Of a stretch of DNA of 64,000 nt, positions 9,839 through 19,900 are shown piece after piece. The notes under the pieces are model-generated. The model saw only the letters and a list, made by a program, of their open reading frames with translations. It did not search any database and had not been told where the DNA came from. This DNA is from an uncultured virus (IMG/VR IMGVR_UViG_3300025961_000410) (Duplodnaviria > Heunggongvirae > Uroviricota > Caudoviricetes), in IMG/VR virus record IMGVR_UViG_3300025961_000410, one strand, 5' to 3'. Position numbers and translations under genes: made by a program. Each line of letters begins with the position of its first letter. Position 1 is the first letter of the stretch.

Positions 9839-12274
9839 TTAAACAGCTGGTAGTAGTGGAACCATGTTAAATTCTTGCTTGAAGATCTGTTCCCATTGAT
9901 CCACTACTGATTCCCAAGTAAATTTTGATGCAAATTGAACTGCAGTCTCTGAACACTGCTCTCTAATACCTTCGTGAGATAGCAGAGTTACTACATGTTC
10001 GATAAACTGCTTTTGGTAGCCAGGTCGAGTACAATCTCCTTCGATCAAGAATCCACTACCCACAGTATCCAACAACCCTGCAATAGCTGTAGTAACAGGC
10101 ACTGCCCCAGCAGCTTGGGCTTCAAGAGCGGTAATACAGAAGGACTCATGGAACCAGGTGCTGTAGGCCCAGACCTTAGCCGATTTGAAAGCTTGGGCTA
10201 TGACTTCTTGGCTTTGCTTACCATGAAAGAAAACCCCCGGCTGTTTCAACCCTTTTTCAACTGCGTCAATTCTAGCAAGTTCTTGTGGAGGGTTGCCCTT
10301 CATCTCGGTAAACTTCTTCCACCAGTCAAATCCGTAATAAACGTGTAGTTCCGTTCCAGGAACTTGCTCTTGAATAGAAGGAAACATTTGCAAAAGTGCT
10401 TCTAACCCACGATCAAGTGAGCTTGAATACACCAATTTGTTAGTTCGCTTAATAGCAGGACCTGAAAATCTTGAGTGGTCAATACCATTTGCTGTCTTAA
10501 TCACAATTGAAGGATTTAAGCAGGGATAAGTTTCTAGGATAAACTTCTTGTGCCACTCAGATAGCACCAATACCGCATCAAACTTTAGCAACCATTGTTG
10601 CATTTGTTGAGTGTATGTTCCACAATGTACGTCGTGAATCCAGAGTAGTTTCAAACCTGCCTTGAATGATTGCTGCACTACCCATGGCTGACGAGAACTG
10701 ATGAACACATCACACTCAACATCCTTGAACTTTGAGTGATGTAAATACTCAACACCATCAAATACACCACCAACTTCTGCAAAAACACGAACCTTATGTC
10801 CTCTAGCAGCTAGAAGCTTAGAGGTGTATATCGCAGCAGTTTCTGAACCACCCAAGCCAGATTTTAGACTGTCTGGTGACCATTTTTCAACTCCGTCACC
10901 AATCCAAAAAACGATGTCCAATGGACCATCAAATTTTCGTTCTTTGTGGGTTGGTAAAGCAATTGATGTAGTAGATTGAGCTATCTTAGGTTGTTCTAAA
11001 GCTTCTGAAATTCCCAACAGATCTGTGATTACTTTTAACTGATCTAACTTCAAGGGATGCAAATCAGATGGCATTTCTTGAAGAGTCTTATGGAGAATTT
11101 GAGAGTTAACCTTCAGATCATATACAGTTTTTGCAGCTCTGTATACCGCAGCATTTAGTAAAAATTGAGGGTCTGTTGGAACTGCTTTCAACGCTTCTTC
11201 GCAACAGTTCAAAGCTTCGACAACCTGATTAATTCGATTGTAAGCAAAATTGAGGTATCTGAAAACCTCAACATTCCGGTCCATAGGATTAATGAAAAGC
11301 AAACTATCGGTAACTGGCTTAGATGTAGCAACCTTCCCAAAATGAACAGCCAATTCCCAGTCACGAGTAGATTGGCTTTTCATTGCTTTGCAATAGAAGG
11401 CTCTTAGTAAAGCATAATAAGGCTCGAACCAGTTTTCCCTAACAGTAGTTGCTTGCAAACCCCATGCAATAGCTTCATCAAATTCTTCTCGAATGAGATG
11501 GGTTGCAGAGATTTGGCACATCGCGTTACACTTTTCATCATCCCAGCCAGAGAGTCTACAATACCGCTTCAGGATTGATAAGCTCTCTTCATGGTACCCT
11601 CTTCCACCATACTCCACCCCTAGGTAGTACAGCTGTCGAGGATCTGACTCTCCATGCTTTTCATACCACTTCTTCAAAATCCTCAGATTTCTCTCGGGAT
11701 CAGAAGAGGTTTTTCCTTGCCGTCGGTGCTTGATAATTGTCTTATCAAATCGATATAAGATCCCTACATTCTGATCAGGCTTTGGTACGAGTAATTCATG
11801 GATTGGGTTTACCCAATGAAATGAATCTTTATTCTTGATTAACCGCTCTCTACGTAAGAGACAGGTCACGTTTCCACTAGCATCGTAATCATATTCATAG
11901 TTCATGAATATCTGAATGCCATGGCCTTTGTATTGAGGGATTTGATCAGCCTCAAAAGCCATCTCTCGTAGATATTCTGCACCTACGACTTCATCATCCC
12001 CATCTACCCAAAACACCCAGGGGTGGGTGGTAAGACTTAAAGCTCGATTTCTAGCTTTAGCAAAGTCTTCGATACGATCAAGATCATCATTGCAAAATCG
12101 ATAAACTTCAAACTTATCCGCAAACTGTCTAGCAATTTCTGGGGTTTTATCGTTTGAACCTGTATCAACGATTACTAACTCGTCAACATGAGGTCGTAAT
12201 GATTTTAAGCACTGCTCAAGACGGAGTTCTTCGTTTCGAACGATTAAACATGCTGAAATTAGACTTCTTTGCAT
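9839..12274 (-). CDS. Bifunctional glycosyltransferase: GT2 (GT-A) + TPR + GT4
   Basis: ISACLIVRNEE...VDTGSND...DFAKARN...WVDGDD (GT2 with DxD), helical TPR-like middle, then GLGGSETA...YSSSLDRGL...ESFCITALEAQAAG (GT4). Confidence 0.9.
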   Translation of the reverse strand: MQRSLISACLIVRNEELRLEQCLKSLRPHVDELVIVDTGSNDKTPEIARQFADKFEVYRFCNDDLDRIEDFAKARNRALSLTTHPWVFWVDGDDEVVGAEYLREMAFEADQIPQYKGHGIQIFMNYEYDYDASGNVTCLLRRERLIKNKDSFHWVNPIHELLVPKPDQNVGILYRFDKTIIKHRRQGKTSSDPERNLRILKKWYEKHGESDPRQLYYLGVEYGGRGYHEESLSILKRYCRLSGWDDEKCNAMCQISATHLIREEFDEAIAWGLQATTVRENWFEPYYALLRAFYCKAMKSQSTRDWELAVHFGKVATSKPVTDSLLFINPMDRNVEVFRYLNFAYNRINQVVEALNCCEEALKAVPTDPQFLLNAAVYRAAKTVYDLKVNSQILHKTLQEMPSDLHPLKLDQLKVITDLLGISEALEQPKIAQSTTSIALPTHKERKFDGPLDIVFWIGDGVEKWSPDSLKSGLGGSETAAIYTSKLLAARGHKVRVFAEVGGVFDGVEYLHHSKFKDVECDVFISSRQPWVVQQSFKAGLKLLWIHDVHCGTYTQQMQQWLLKFDAVLVLSEWHKKFILETYPCLNPSIVIKTANGIDHSRFSGPAIKRTNKLVYSSSLDRGLEALLQMFPSIQEQVPGTELHVYYGFDWWKKFTEMKGNPPQELARIDAVEKGLKQPGVFFHGKQSQEVIAQAFKSAKVWAYSTWFHESFCITALEAQAAGAVPVTTAIAGLLDTVGSGFLIEGDCTRPGYQKQFIEHVVTLLSHEGIREQCSETAVQFASKFTWESVVDQWEQIFKQEFNMVPLLPAV

Positions 12275-12293
12275 CGTTTCCCTACTTGTCGTA

Positions 12294-12302
12294 ATTATAC
12301 CA
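12294..12302 (-). promoter_or_regulatory. Extended -10 promoter candidate (TGGTATAAT) upstream of the glycosyltransferase/radical SAM genes
   Basis: TGn-TATAAT about 20 nt before the ATG at 12274. Confidence 0.5.
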
Positions 12303-12304
12303 AG

Positions 12305-12964
12305 CTAGAAATTAGTGCAAAGAAAGGGAGCTGAAGTAAATGGTTGGTAATTCTGAGAGTTTTGGCCATCTGTGAATGTTGCATTCTTAAAGCCATACTT
12401 ACTCCCAACTGCCCCACCATCACAATAGAAACCAATCCCTACCAACCCTGATGGGCAAACAGTATCAGTTCCTGAACAAAGAAGTGATCCATTTAGGTAC
12501 AAAAACAGGTTATTTCCAATAGCTTTTGCCATCAAAACATCACCGTCATTAATTGTACCCAAACCACCAGCTGTAGCAATATAGGTAAAATCACCGAGTG
12601 ATGTGCCTAATGGTCCTGGCCACCTAATAATCTGGGCATAGCTTCCATCAAAAGCTAAGTTGAATTCATATCCTCTAGAAAAGTGAGCTTGATCTGTCCA
12701 TCTAAGAAGTAATTCTACCTCTGCGTGTGCTGAAGTAATAGCACCACCAGTTCTTGATACTACACCAGTAGCAGTTTGAGTGTCCCCGTAGGTGGACTGG
12801 AGTAAGGCATAAGAGTCATTAAAACCATCTGAACCAGTCTGTGTTCCAAAAGCAACTCCGCCAGAAGTGTTAACCAAGGTCCAATCAAGACCTACATGTC
12901 CCCACACCCCGCCTTCGGAAATTGGCGACTGATTTAAGGGAAAATTAGTTTGATATTGCATCAA
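12305..12964 (-). CDS. Beta-sandwich (lectin/ConA-like) protein with C-terminal APFLCTNF tag
   Basis: G/S/T- and aromatic-rich beta pattern (VELLLRW...GYEF...GIGFY); shared C-terminal tag. Confidence 0.55.
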   Translation of the reverse strand: MMQYQTNFPLNQSPISEGGVWGHVGLDWTLVNTSGGVAFGTQTGSDGFNDSYALLQSTYGDTQTATGVVSRTGGAITSAHAEVELLLRWTDQAHFSRGYEFNLAFDGSYAQIIRWPGPLGTSLGDFTYIATAGGLGTINDGDVLMAKAIGNNLFLYLNGSLLCSGTDTVCPSGLVGIGFYCDGGAVGSKYGFKNATFTDGQNSQNYQPFTSAPFLCTNF

Positions 12965-14382
12965 AAATTAGCACAAAGAAAGGGGGCAGTCACCAAACCA
13001 GTCGAAGCTGGAAAAGTATCAGCCACTAAAGTACCAACTAAATACCAGTCATTAGTACCTGTTCCGTTATCTCCAGGTGTGGTAAAAGACTGTGATGAAG
13101 CAGTTTTGGGGTAAGTACCAATCACCGATCCCATAATTCCAGTAGTGGGGTTCCACCATCGAAATACAGTAGAACCTGCCATACTCTGTAAATCGACACT
13201 AAAGGTAGTTGTACCTGTACCAGTTGGTGGAATGTAAGAGAAAAGTTGTGATCCATCGCTTGTCATACAAGCCGAAATAAAAGAAGTACCACTCCCCTGA
13301 CCCGAAACAATGAGGGTTCTACCACAGTTCGCAGTACCATAGCTACCAGCACCTGAGATTGGACTACTTGAACTGGTACCACTGGGCCTTAACAACCACC
13401 ACTTTATCGAATCATAGAATGCGTTGCAATAACTTTGATCAATAGTGGCAGATGCAGTTAGAGAGGTAAGAATTCCTGGCCTTCCATCCCACCTCAAATC
13501 CTCACCAAAATTCGTCCCACCCAAAGCCCCACTGGACAAGGCCCAGTGAATCATAGATCTAATATCAGATCTAGAATTCTTAGGGTCATAAAAAGCATTT
13601 GTGTAGTTAGGCTCAGTTTGATAACTTGGCCCACATGTACCAGCCACTGAAAGTAGGTAAGAAGAATAAGCTTCTACATAAGTACACCCATTTTGACTCG
13701 CACCTTGCCCATAAAATGAGCTAATTTGCATGTCTGATGTTGAAGGGTTTACTCCGAGAGTTACACCAGACTGGCTAGTTATAATCGAGTTTGGTCCGTC
13801 TAGCTCGCATCCTGCTAATCGATTACGACTAACACTCTGAATCCCTGCTATGATATTTTGCCACCTTGTTAATGATGTGCCACTTGCTGTTCGATCACCC
13901 ATATGCATCCAAATAATATTTGGTTGAGTGAATGTAGAAGCAAGATAGGCACCCCAGTTAAAACAGGTGGAGTTGCTAGCAGCAATTAAATCAGCATCCC
14001 AACCATCAGATCCAGCCCCTGCATAGGTGTGAAAAAACATAACACCTAAGTCACGGGAGTTGGCTCTGTCAATATAATCGCTTAGTTTAGAAAAATAAGC
14101 AGAGTTTGGGGTTGAGAAAGTAGCACCAGTAAATGGCTGATCACCGTCAAAATTAGCGGGTTCGTTTACATCACCCCAGCTAGTAGAGTTCTTAACAATA
14201 CCCATCAAGGTGGTGGCGTTAAAGCCTAACGCCTTGATTCCATCAAGATATGAATTTTGAGTGGAGGTATCGAAATTGCATTGGGTAATCCACCCTGCAT
14301 CAGACTTGATTCGGTAAGGAGAGCCACTTGCTGTTTGTAAGTATCTACCAGAATTGTTAACACTCAATGGAAAAGTTGTCAT
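12961..14382 (-). CDS. DUF4038 (apiosidase-like glycoside hydrolase) + C-terminal 'collagen-binding'-type domain, ending APFLCANF
   Basis: FPLSV...GRYLQTASGSPY...DAGW, GFNA, PNSAYFSKL, PNIIWMHMGD, EPNY, RWWNPTTG...FTTPG...NDWYLV. Confidence 0.75.
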   Translation of the reverse strand: MTTFPLSVNNSGRYLQTASGSPYRIKSDAGWITQCNFDTSTQNSYLDGIKALGFNATTLMGIVKNSTSWGDVNEPANFDGDQPFTGATFSTPNSAYFSKLSDYIDRANSRDLGVMFFHTYAGAGSDGWDADLIAASNSTCFNWGAYLASTFTQPNIIWMHMGDRTASGTSLTRWQNIIAGIQSVSRNRLAGCELDGPNSIITSQSGVTLGVNPSTSDMQISSFYGQGASQNGCTYVEAYSSYLLSVAGTCGPSYQTEPNYTNAFYDPKNSRSDIRSMIHWALSSGALGGTNFGEDLRWDGRPGILTSLTASATIDQSYCNAFYDSIKWWLLRPSGTSSSSPISGAGSYGTANCGRTLIVSGQGSGTSFISACMTSDGSQLFSYIPPTGTGTTTFSVDLQSMAGSTVFRWWNPTTGIMGSVIGTYPKTASSQSFTTPGDNGTGTNDWYLVGTLVADTFPASTGLVTAPFLCANF

Positions 14383-14439
14383 AAGTTAATTAGCCAACTT
14401 CTGGTACCTAGTCTGTCCTGATTACACATTTGATGTACA

Positions 14440-15831
14440 TCAAAAGTTATTACAAAGAAAAGGTGCCATGGTGAAAGTTGGGGAAACGGTACTTGTAACT
14501 GAGTCCAATATCAACAGCCAATCACTATCCCCACCTGAATTTCCGCCAGGTGTGCTGAATGAATGTGTCCCACTATTTGGCAACGAATTTGAAATTAACG
14601 TAAAACCTGTAGAAACACTAGAAGCTGTAGGATCAAACCACCTCGCTCTCATCTTAGTTGAGAATGTCGACATATTTACTACCAAAGATGAACCTACACC
14701 ATTGGGGAAGTAGGCAGTCGCTAGAGTAGGTGTTGAAGCTCCACAGATGTAGCTATCGTTTAAATACGTCCCTCTACCAGAAGTGAATACTGAACTGCTT
14801 TGATCGGGTACTAGTGTATGCTGAGGTATACTTGACCAAAACTGATAAGCAAGAACTGCTTGACTTTGCCCTGGAGAACCACTTACCCAATCGGAAAATT
14901 GATACCACAATGAACCATAACAGTAAGAAAGGCTGCAAGCTCCAGAACACATAGCCTGCCAAAGTTTTCGCCTAATCGTTAATGGGTCACCTTGTGGCTG
15001 CCCAATCCCAGGACCTGACTCATAACTCTGATCAATAGGTCCTGTAGGTAAAGTTGGTGAAGCATTGTAACCAGTTAGAATTCTTGAATAAGGTGGGCTA
15101 CCGCTAGAAGGGTTATATGAATATAATGATCTAAAACTCATCACAGAAGCATCATTAGCAAAATCAGTGGATAGCATCCCTCCTGGAATGGGATCAATTG
15201 ATCCACCACCAATTTGATAATCACCAGCATAGTGACCAGCTACTGGAAGTGTATTACCTGTAAGAAGTGCATTCTTTAGCGAGTTTTGCAGTGAAAGATT
15301 AACGCTAGATCCCACCCCTGTTCCAGGAACCTGATCCCCACCTAGCAACCACCCGACATGATCTCTTGATCCATATCTTGATTGAAGATAGGTTCCAAAA
15401 GATGCCATTTTGGTAGTGTTATTTTGTGTGTTAATGGTATCTCCCCACCCCTGGTTAGTAAAAGCGTAATAACCTAAATAGTCAGGCACCAACCACACAA
15501 AAAAACCTTTGGTCCTTAGGTAATCCAACATATCATCCACGTGTGAAAAATATGTTGAATTAGGAGTAGAAAAATCCCCCGGAGTAGTAAAAGGTGGTAC
15601 TCCTTGCCAATCAGGAGGAGATCCAGGAAAACTAGTATCAAAAGATATGACACTAATCTTCATGGTATTAAAACCTTGATTTGCCCTCCTATCAACAAAA
15701 TCTTTAGCGTTTGCTGTAGATAGAGATTGAAATAAACCCCACCCAGTGCATTCGTTAAATAAGAACGGTGCACCAGCAGCTGTTTGAAAATATCGACTAG
15801 AGCTGCTAACACTTAAAGGGAAAATAGACAT
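14440..15831 (-). CDS. DUF4038 (apiosidase-like) paralog ending APFLCNNF
   Basis: FPLSV...RYFQTAAGAPFLF...RRANQGFN...PNSTYFSHVD...WLLGGD...RWFDPT...FSTPG...SDWLLIL; collinear with 12961-14382. Confidence 0.8.
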   Translation of the reverse strand: MSIFPLSVSSSSRYFQTAAGAPFLFNECTGWGLFQSLSTANAKDFVDRRANQGFNTMKISVISFDTSFPGSPPDWQGVPPFTTPGDFSTPNSTYFSHVDDMLDYLRTKGFFVWLVPDYLGYYAFTNQGWGDTINTQNNTTKMASFGTYLQSRYGSRDHVGWLLGGDQVPGTGVGSSVNLSLQNSLKNALLTGNTLPVAGHYAGDYQIGGGSIDPIPGGMLSTDFANDASVMSFRSLYSYNPSSGSPPYSRILTGYNASPTLPTGPIDQSYESGPGIGQPQGDPLTIRRKLWQAMCSGACSLSYCYGSLWYQFSDWVSGSPGQSQAVLAYQFWSSIPQHTLVPDQSSSVFTSGRGTYLNDSYICGASTPTLATAYFPNGVGSSLVVNMSTFSTKMRARWFDPTASSVSTGFTLISNSLPNSGTHSFSTPGGNSGGDSDWLLILDSVTSTVSPTFTMAPFLCNNF

Positions 15832-16562
15832 TAAGCAGCCAAAATGCTTCTAGAGCCCAATGCATTCCTGCTTGACATTTGAGTCGTTCGAGATATCAAT
15901 CCAGCTCCAAGTTCTTTGAATGAGTATATACCAGTAAGAGCTCCTGATGTAACCCCACCACTAGCTGAAAAAGAACTTTGGTAAGTTGTTGCTGAAGATA
16001 CTATCCGATAAGCAGTTCCACCGGTAACTGAATCTGAACCATGGCCTTCAGCATCTAACGGTGTAAAGCTGTTACCCCAGTTAAGAACCTCACCATCTGC
16101 ACTAGTATAGGTTAAGGTTTGGGATATTAACAGCTCGTTGGGTTGGGATAACGTTCCCGTTACTGAAGAGGTGTATGGGTCAGTTGTTGAACTATTAGCT
16201 GCTGGATTTTGATCTAAAATACCAGATAACGCTCCTCCAGTAATCTCTACCACCCACAACCCAACTGCAGAGTTTGGTGATAAATTTGCAGTAAATGTAT
16301 GACCAGCACCACCAGAGCCATTTACACAGAGAAAGATTGCTAGCTGTAGCTGGTTATCTGGAGCAAATGAAGCGTTTGTCCCAACCTGGGGAAAACTGTT
16401 CGACTTATTATCAGCTATCGTAATTGTATTCGCAGAACTGTAAACCCCCACCCCAATAAAAAAGGTACTTCCAGTAGCTTGGGTTGTTATAGCTCCCGAA
16501 GTTACAGATGATGCACCAAATAATGCCCCTGCATGAGTATGTGCGCCTACATTAATTGACAT
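15831..16562 (-). CDS. Putative virion surface/fibre-associated beta protein
   Basis: S/T/G/A-rich beta pattern within the structural cluster. Confidence 0.45.
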   Translation of the reverse strand: MSINVGAHTHAGALFGASSVTSGAITTQATGSTFFIGVGVYSSANTITIADNKSNSFPQVGTNASFAPDNQLQLAIFLCVNGSGGAGHTFTANLSPNSAVGLWVVEITGGALSGILDQNPAANSSTTDPYTSSVTGTLSQPNELLISQTLTYTSADGEVLNWGNSFTPLDAEGHGSDSVTGGTAYRIVSSATTYQSSFSASGGVTSGALTGIYSFKELGAGLISRTTQMSSRNALGSRSILAA

Positions 16563-16573
16563 CTAATCACTGA

Positions 16574-16972
16574 TTAATATGAATTAGAAAAGAGATAAAT
16601 ATGCCCAAACCAAGTTATGGTTGTAGCTGAAACCCCAGTCGCTTGAAGAACAATAGCTGGACTGCTAGCCACAAGAGATGCGATAGCTGTAGCTAAGGTT
16701 CCAGTAGCACCTGTAATAACGTTTAAGGTGCCTAATGCAGATAAAACACCTGACGAGAATTTAAATGGTCTGGCCACTTCAATAGTGGCTGCGTTTCCCG
16801 AACCATCTACGCCAATTAGGATTCCCTTTACATAAATGATCGCATTGTTTGGAACACCACCAAGCTGCAGCCAACTATTAAAGGTTGCTACATTTACTGT
16901 AGTAACACCTGTAGTAGAAGGTTGAGAGGTGTTTGGATCGGTTTCTGAACGAACGTTATACAGATATTTCAT
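16574..16972 (-). CDS. Hypothetical structural protein
   Basis: 132-aa T/G/A-rich ORF tightly coupled to the collagen gene. Confidence 0.45.
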   Translation of the reverse strand: MKYLYNVRSETDPNTSQPSTTGVTTVNVATFNSWLQLGGVPNNAIIYVKGILIGVDGSGNAATIEVARPFKFSSGVLSALGTLNVITGATGTLATAIASLVASSPAIVLQATGVSATTITWFGHIYLFSNSY

Positions 16973-16973
16973 G

Positions 16974-19900
16974 TTAACCTAGGATTGTTATCCCACCATT
17001 ACCATTCATCATATACAGGTTTGAATAAGATGTAGCCGCATATGCCCAGATCAAAATACCACCAGTTGGTTTAACAGTTCCTAGTGGGGCTGTAGCAGCA
17101 TTTCCAATAAAGCCAACACCATGCCCTGTTCCAGATGGGACATGAATCTCAGATAATCCAGTCCTAACCCCCATAGCGAAATAATCTCGACCACTTAAAA
17201 GGGCTGCCTCAAAAAGGATATCTCCTGTTCCAAGTTGGTAGCTAGTCCCGTTAAATGTACCTACATAAGGTCCAGTAGCACCAGCTGGTCCAGTTGGCCC
17301 TGTAGCCCCTTGAGCTCCAGCTGGACCTGTAGAACCAGTTACTCCTTGAACCCCAGTAGCTCCTTGAGGACCACCAGATGGGCCAGTAGCACCAGTTGCA
17401 CCTATTGCAGCCTCAAGAGAGATTAAACTGAGATTACCTGATACGAAAACTTGCCTGCTTGATGTTCCCTGCTTCGATACCTCAATCCAAGCAGTATGTC
17501 CACCTACGTTTGTAGAACTAATCACATGCTGAGCAGTTATAGGAGCATTGATTCCAGTTACACCTTGTAAAGACAGTGTAAACGGAATGCCTGGGATATT
17601 ATCAATAACTACTCTTGCTTGAACTGGAGCACCTAGACCAGTCGAAAGGCCAGTAGACGAGAATTGGCCAATAAATAACCCAATGAGGTTACCTACTGCT
17701 TTATTCGTTACATTTGCGAAGCTAGTTGCTACTGCTGTAAAAGTTCCAGAGCTAACTGTAGGGATCGAAATACCAGTGAAAGACGCAGTCCCTATAGGGA
17801 GGTTTATGCTAGCAGGTAATGCTCCAGTAGCACCCGCTGGTCCTGTTGGACCTGTTGCTCCCTGAGGTCCTGTAGCACCAGCTCCTGGACCCGTAACTCC
17901 CTGAGGTCCTGTAGCACCCTGAGGTCCTGTAGCACCAGTTACACCAGCAGGGCCTGTTGGGCCAGCAGCTCCAGTAGCACCTTGAATACCAGCTCCAGTA
18001 GCACCTGCAGGTCCCGTTGCTCCCGTTGCTCCAGCTGGACCTGTTGGACCAACCCCTGGTAGTGGCCCAGATGCACCAAAGTTTGGAGCTAACGAGCCAT
18101 AAACAACTGAGCCATCGCCTATTAGAGCTACAAAATCATTCGCACCAGAGGCAGAACTAAAGGATGGGACATAGTTATGCTGCCAAACTACCCCCGTGGC
18201 GCTTGATGGCCAGAACAGGTTAATATTATCAGAGAGATGTGTAATCTGTAGCTGATAATTTCCCACGCCAGTAGGTGGAATTATTCGAAAAGTCGTGTCA
18301 GTTGATACCCAAGCCCTAAGTTTCTGACCTTTTGTTAAATCTACAGTTTGAGTTCCAATAGCTGTGGGTACAGGAACAGGTCCAATCCCTATCGTAGCAC
18401 CGTTGAATTGTACTGATCTGACATTTGTTAAATTGCCAACATCATCAAGAATTATCTGACTATCTTTGAGGGAGGGGGCAGTACCCCAACGGGCTAATGA
18501 GTTGAATGTAGCTCCTGCTGTAGGTGCTATTGCAGCTCCAGATGCTGACCCGCCACCACCCGCTGGACCAGTTACACCCTGAACCCCCGTAGCACCTTGA
18601 GGTCCAGCGGGTCCTGTTGCTCCAGTTACACCCTGATTTCCTTGAGGACCAGTAGCACCGGTTACGCCTTGTGGTCCAGTTGGGCCAGTTACACCCTGAT
18701 TTCCTTGAGGTCCAGTAGCACCAGTTACGCCTTGTGGTCCCGTAGCACCCGTTACACCCCTAGCCCCTGTCGGTCCTGTTGCGCCTTGAACGCCTGTTGC
18801 TCCTTGAGGTCCAGTAGCACCAGTTACGCCTTGAGCTCCTTGAGGTCCAGTAGCACCAGCTCCAGGCAATGGTCCAGATGCACCAAAGTTTGGAGCTAAC
18901 GAGCCATAAACAACTGAGCCATCGCCTATCAAGGCTACGAAGTCATTTGATCCAGATGCTGAATTAAAAGATGGGATGTAGTTGTGCTGCCAAACTACTC
19001 CGGTAGCACTCGAAGGCCAAAAGAGGTTAATGTTGTCCGAAAGATGGGTAATCTGTAATTGATAATTTCCCACTCCAGTAGGTGGGATTATTCGAAAAGT
19101 CGTATCAGTTGATACCCAGGCTCTAAGCTTTTGGCCTTTTGTTAAATCTACAGTTTGAGTTCCAATAGAAGTTGGAACTGGAACAGGCCCAACACCAGAG
19201 GTAGCCCCATTGAACTGTATAGACCTGACATTCGTGAAATTTCCAACATCATCAAGAATGACCTGACTATCCTTAATGTAAGGAGCAGTACCCCAGTGTG
19301 CTACAGAGTTAAATAGAGCACCCGAGGTTGGAAATAGGGCTGCACCAGAAGCAGATCCTCCGCCACCAGCTGGTCCTGTTGCGCCTTGAACTCCTGTTGC
19401 ACCTTGAGGCCCAGTTGCTCCAGTTGCCCCTGTAGATCCAGCTGGTCCAGTTGCCCCTGTTACACCCTGGTTTCCTTGAGGTCCAGTAGCACCCTGAACT
19501 CCCGTTACACCCTGGTTTCCTTGAGGTCCAGTAGCACCAGTTACACCTTGATTTCCTTGAAGTCCAGTAGCACCGGTTACGCCTTGATTTCCTTGAGCGC
19601 CTTGAGGTCCAGTCGCACCGGTTACGCCTTGATTTCCTTGAGCGCCTTGAGGTCCAGTAGCACCGGTTACGCCTTGAGGTCCAGTAGCCCCGGTTACGCC
19701 TTGAGGTCCAGTTACTCCAGCTACTCCCGAACCACCAGTACCAAAATTAACCCCAGGCCACGCCCAATAAGTTTGGGATGGGATATTACCATCATTTTCA
19801 AATTGGATAAGATCTTTTGAACCTGACGGAACACTTAGAGTTGGTGTTACGCTATCTTTCCAAAGAATGTTAGAAGGCCAAACAGCATTAACACCAGAAG

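Noticed and set aside
12305..14466. C-x-x-F ends as eukaryotic CaaX prenylation boxes
   Set aside because: The middle residues (TN, AN, NN) are not aliphatic, conservation extends upstream (APFL), and the context is a bacteriophage with no prenyltransferase in view.
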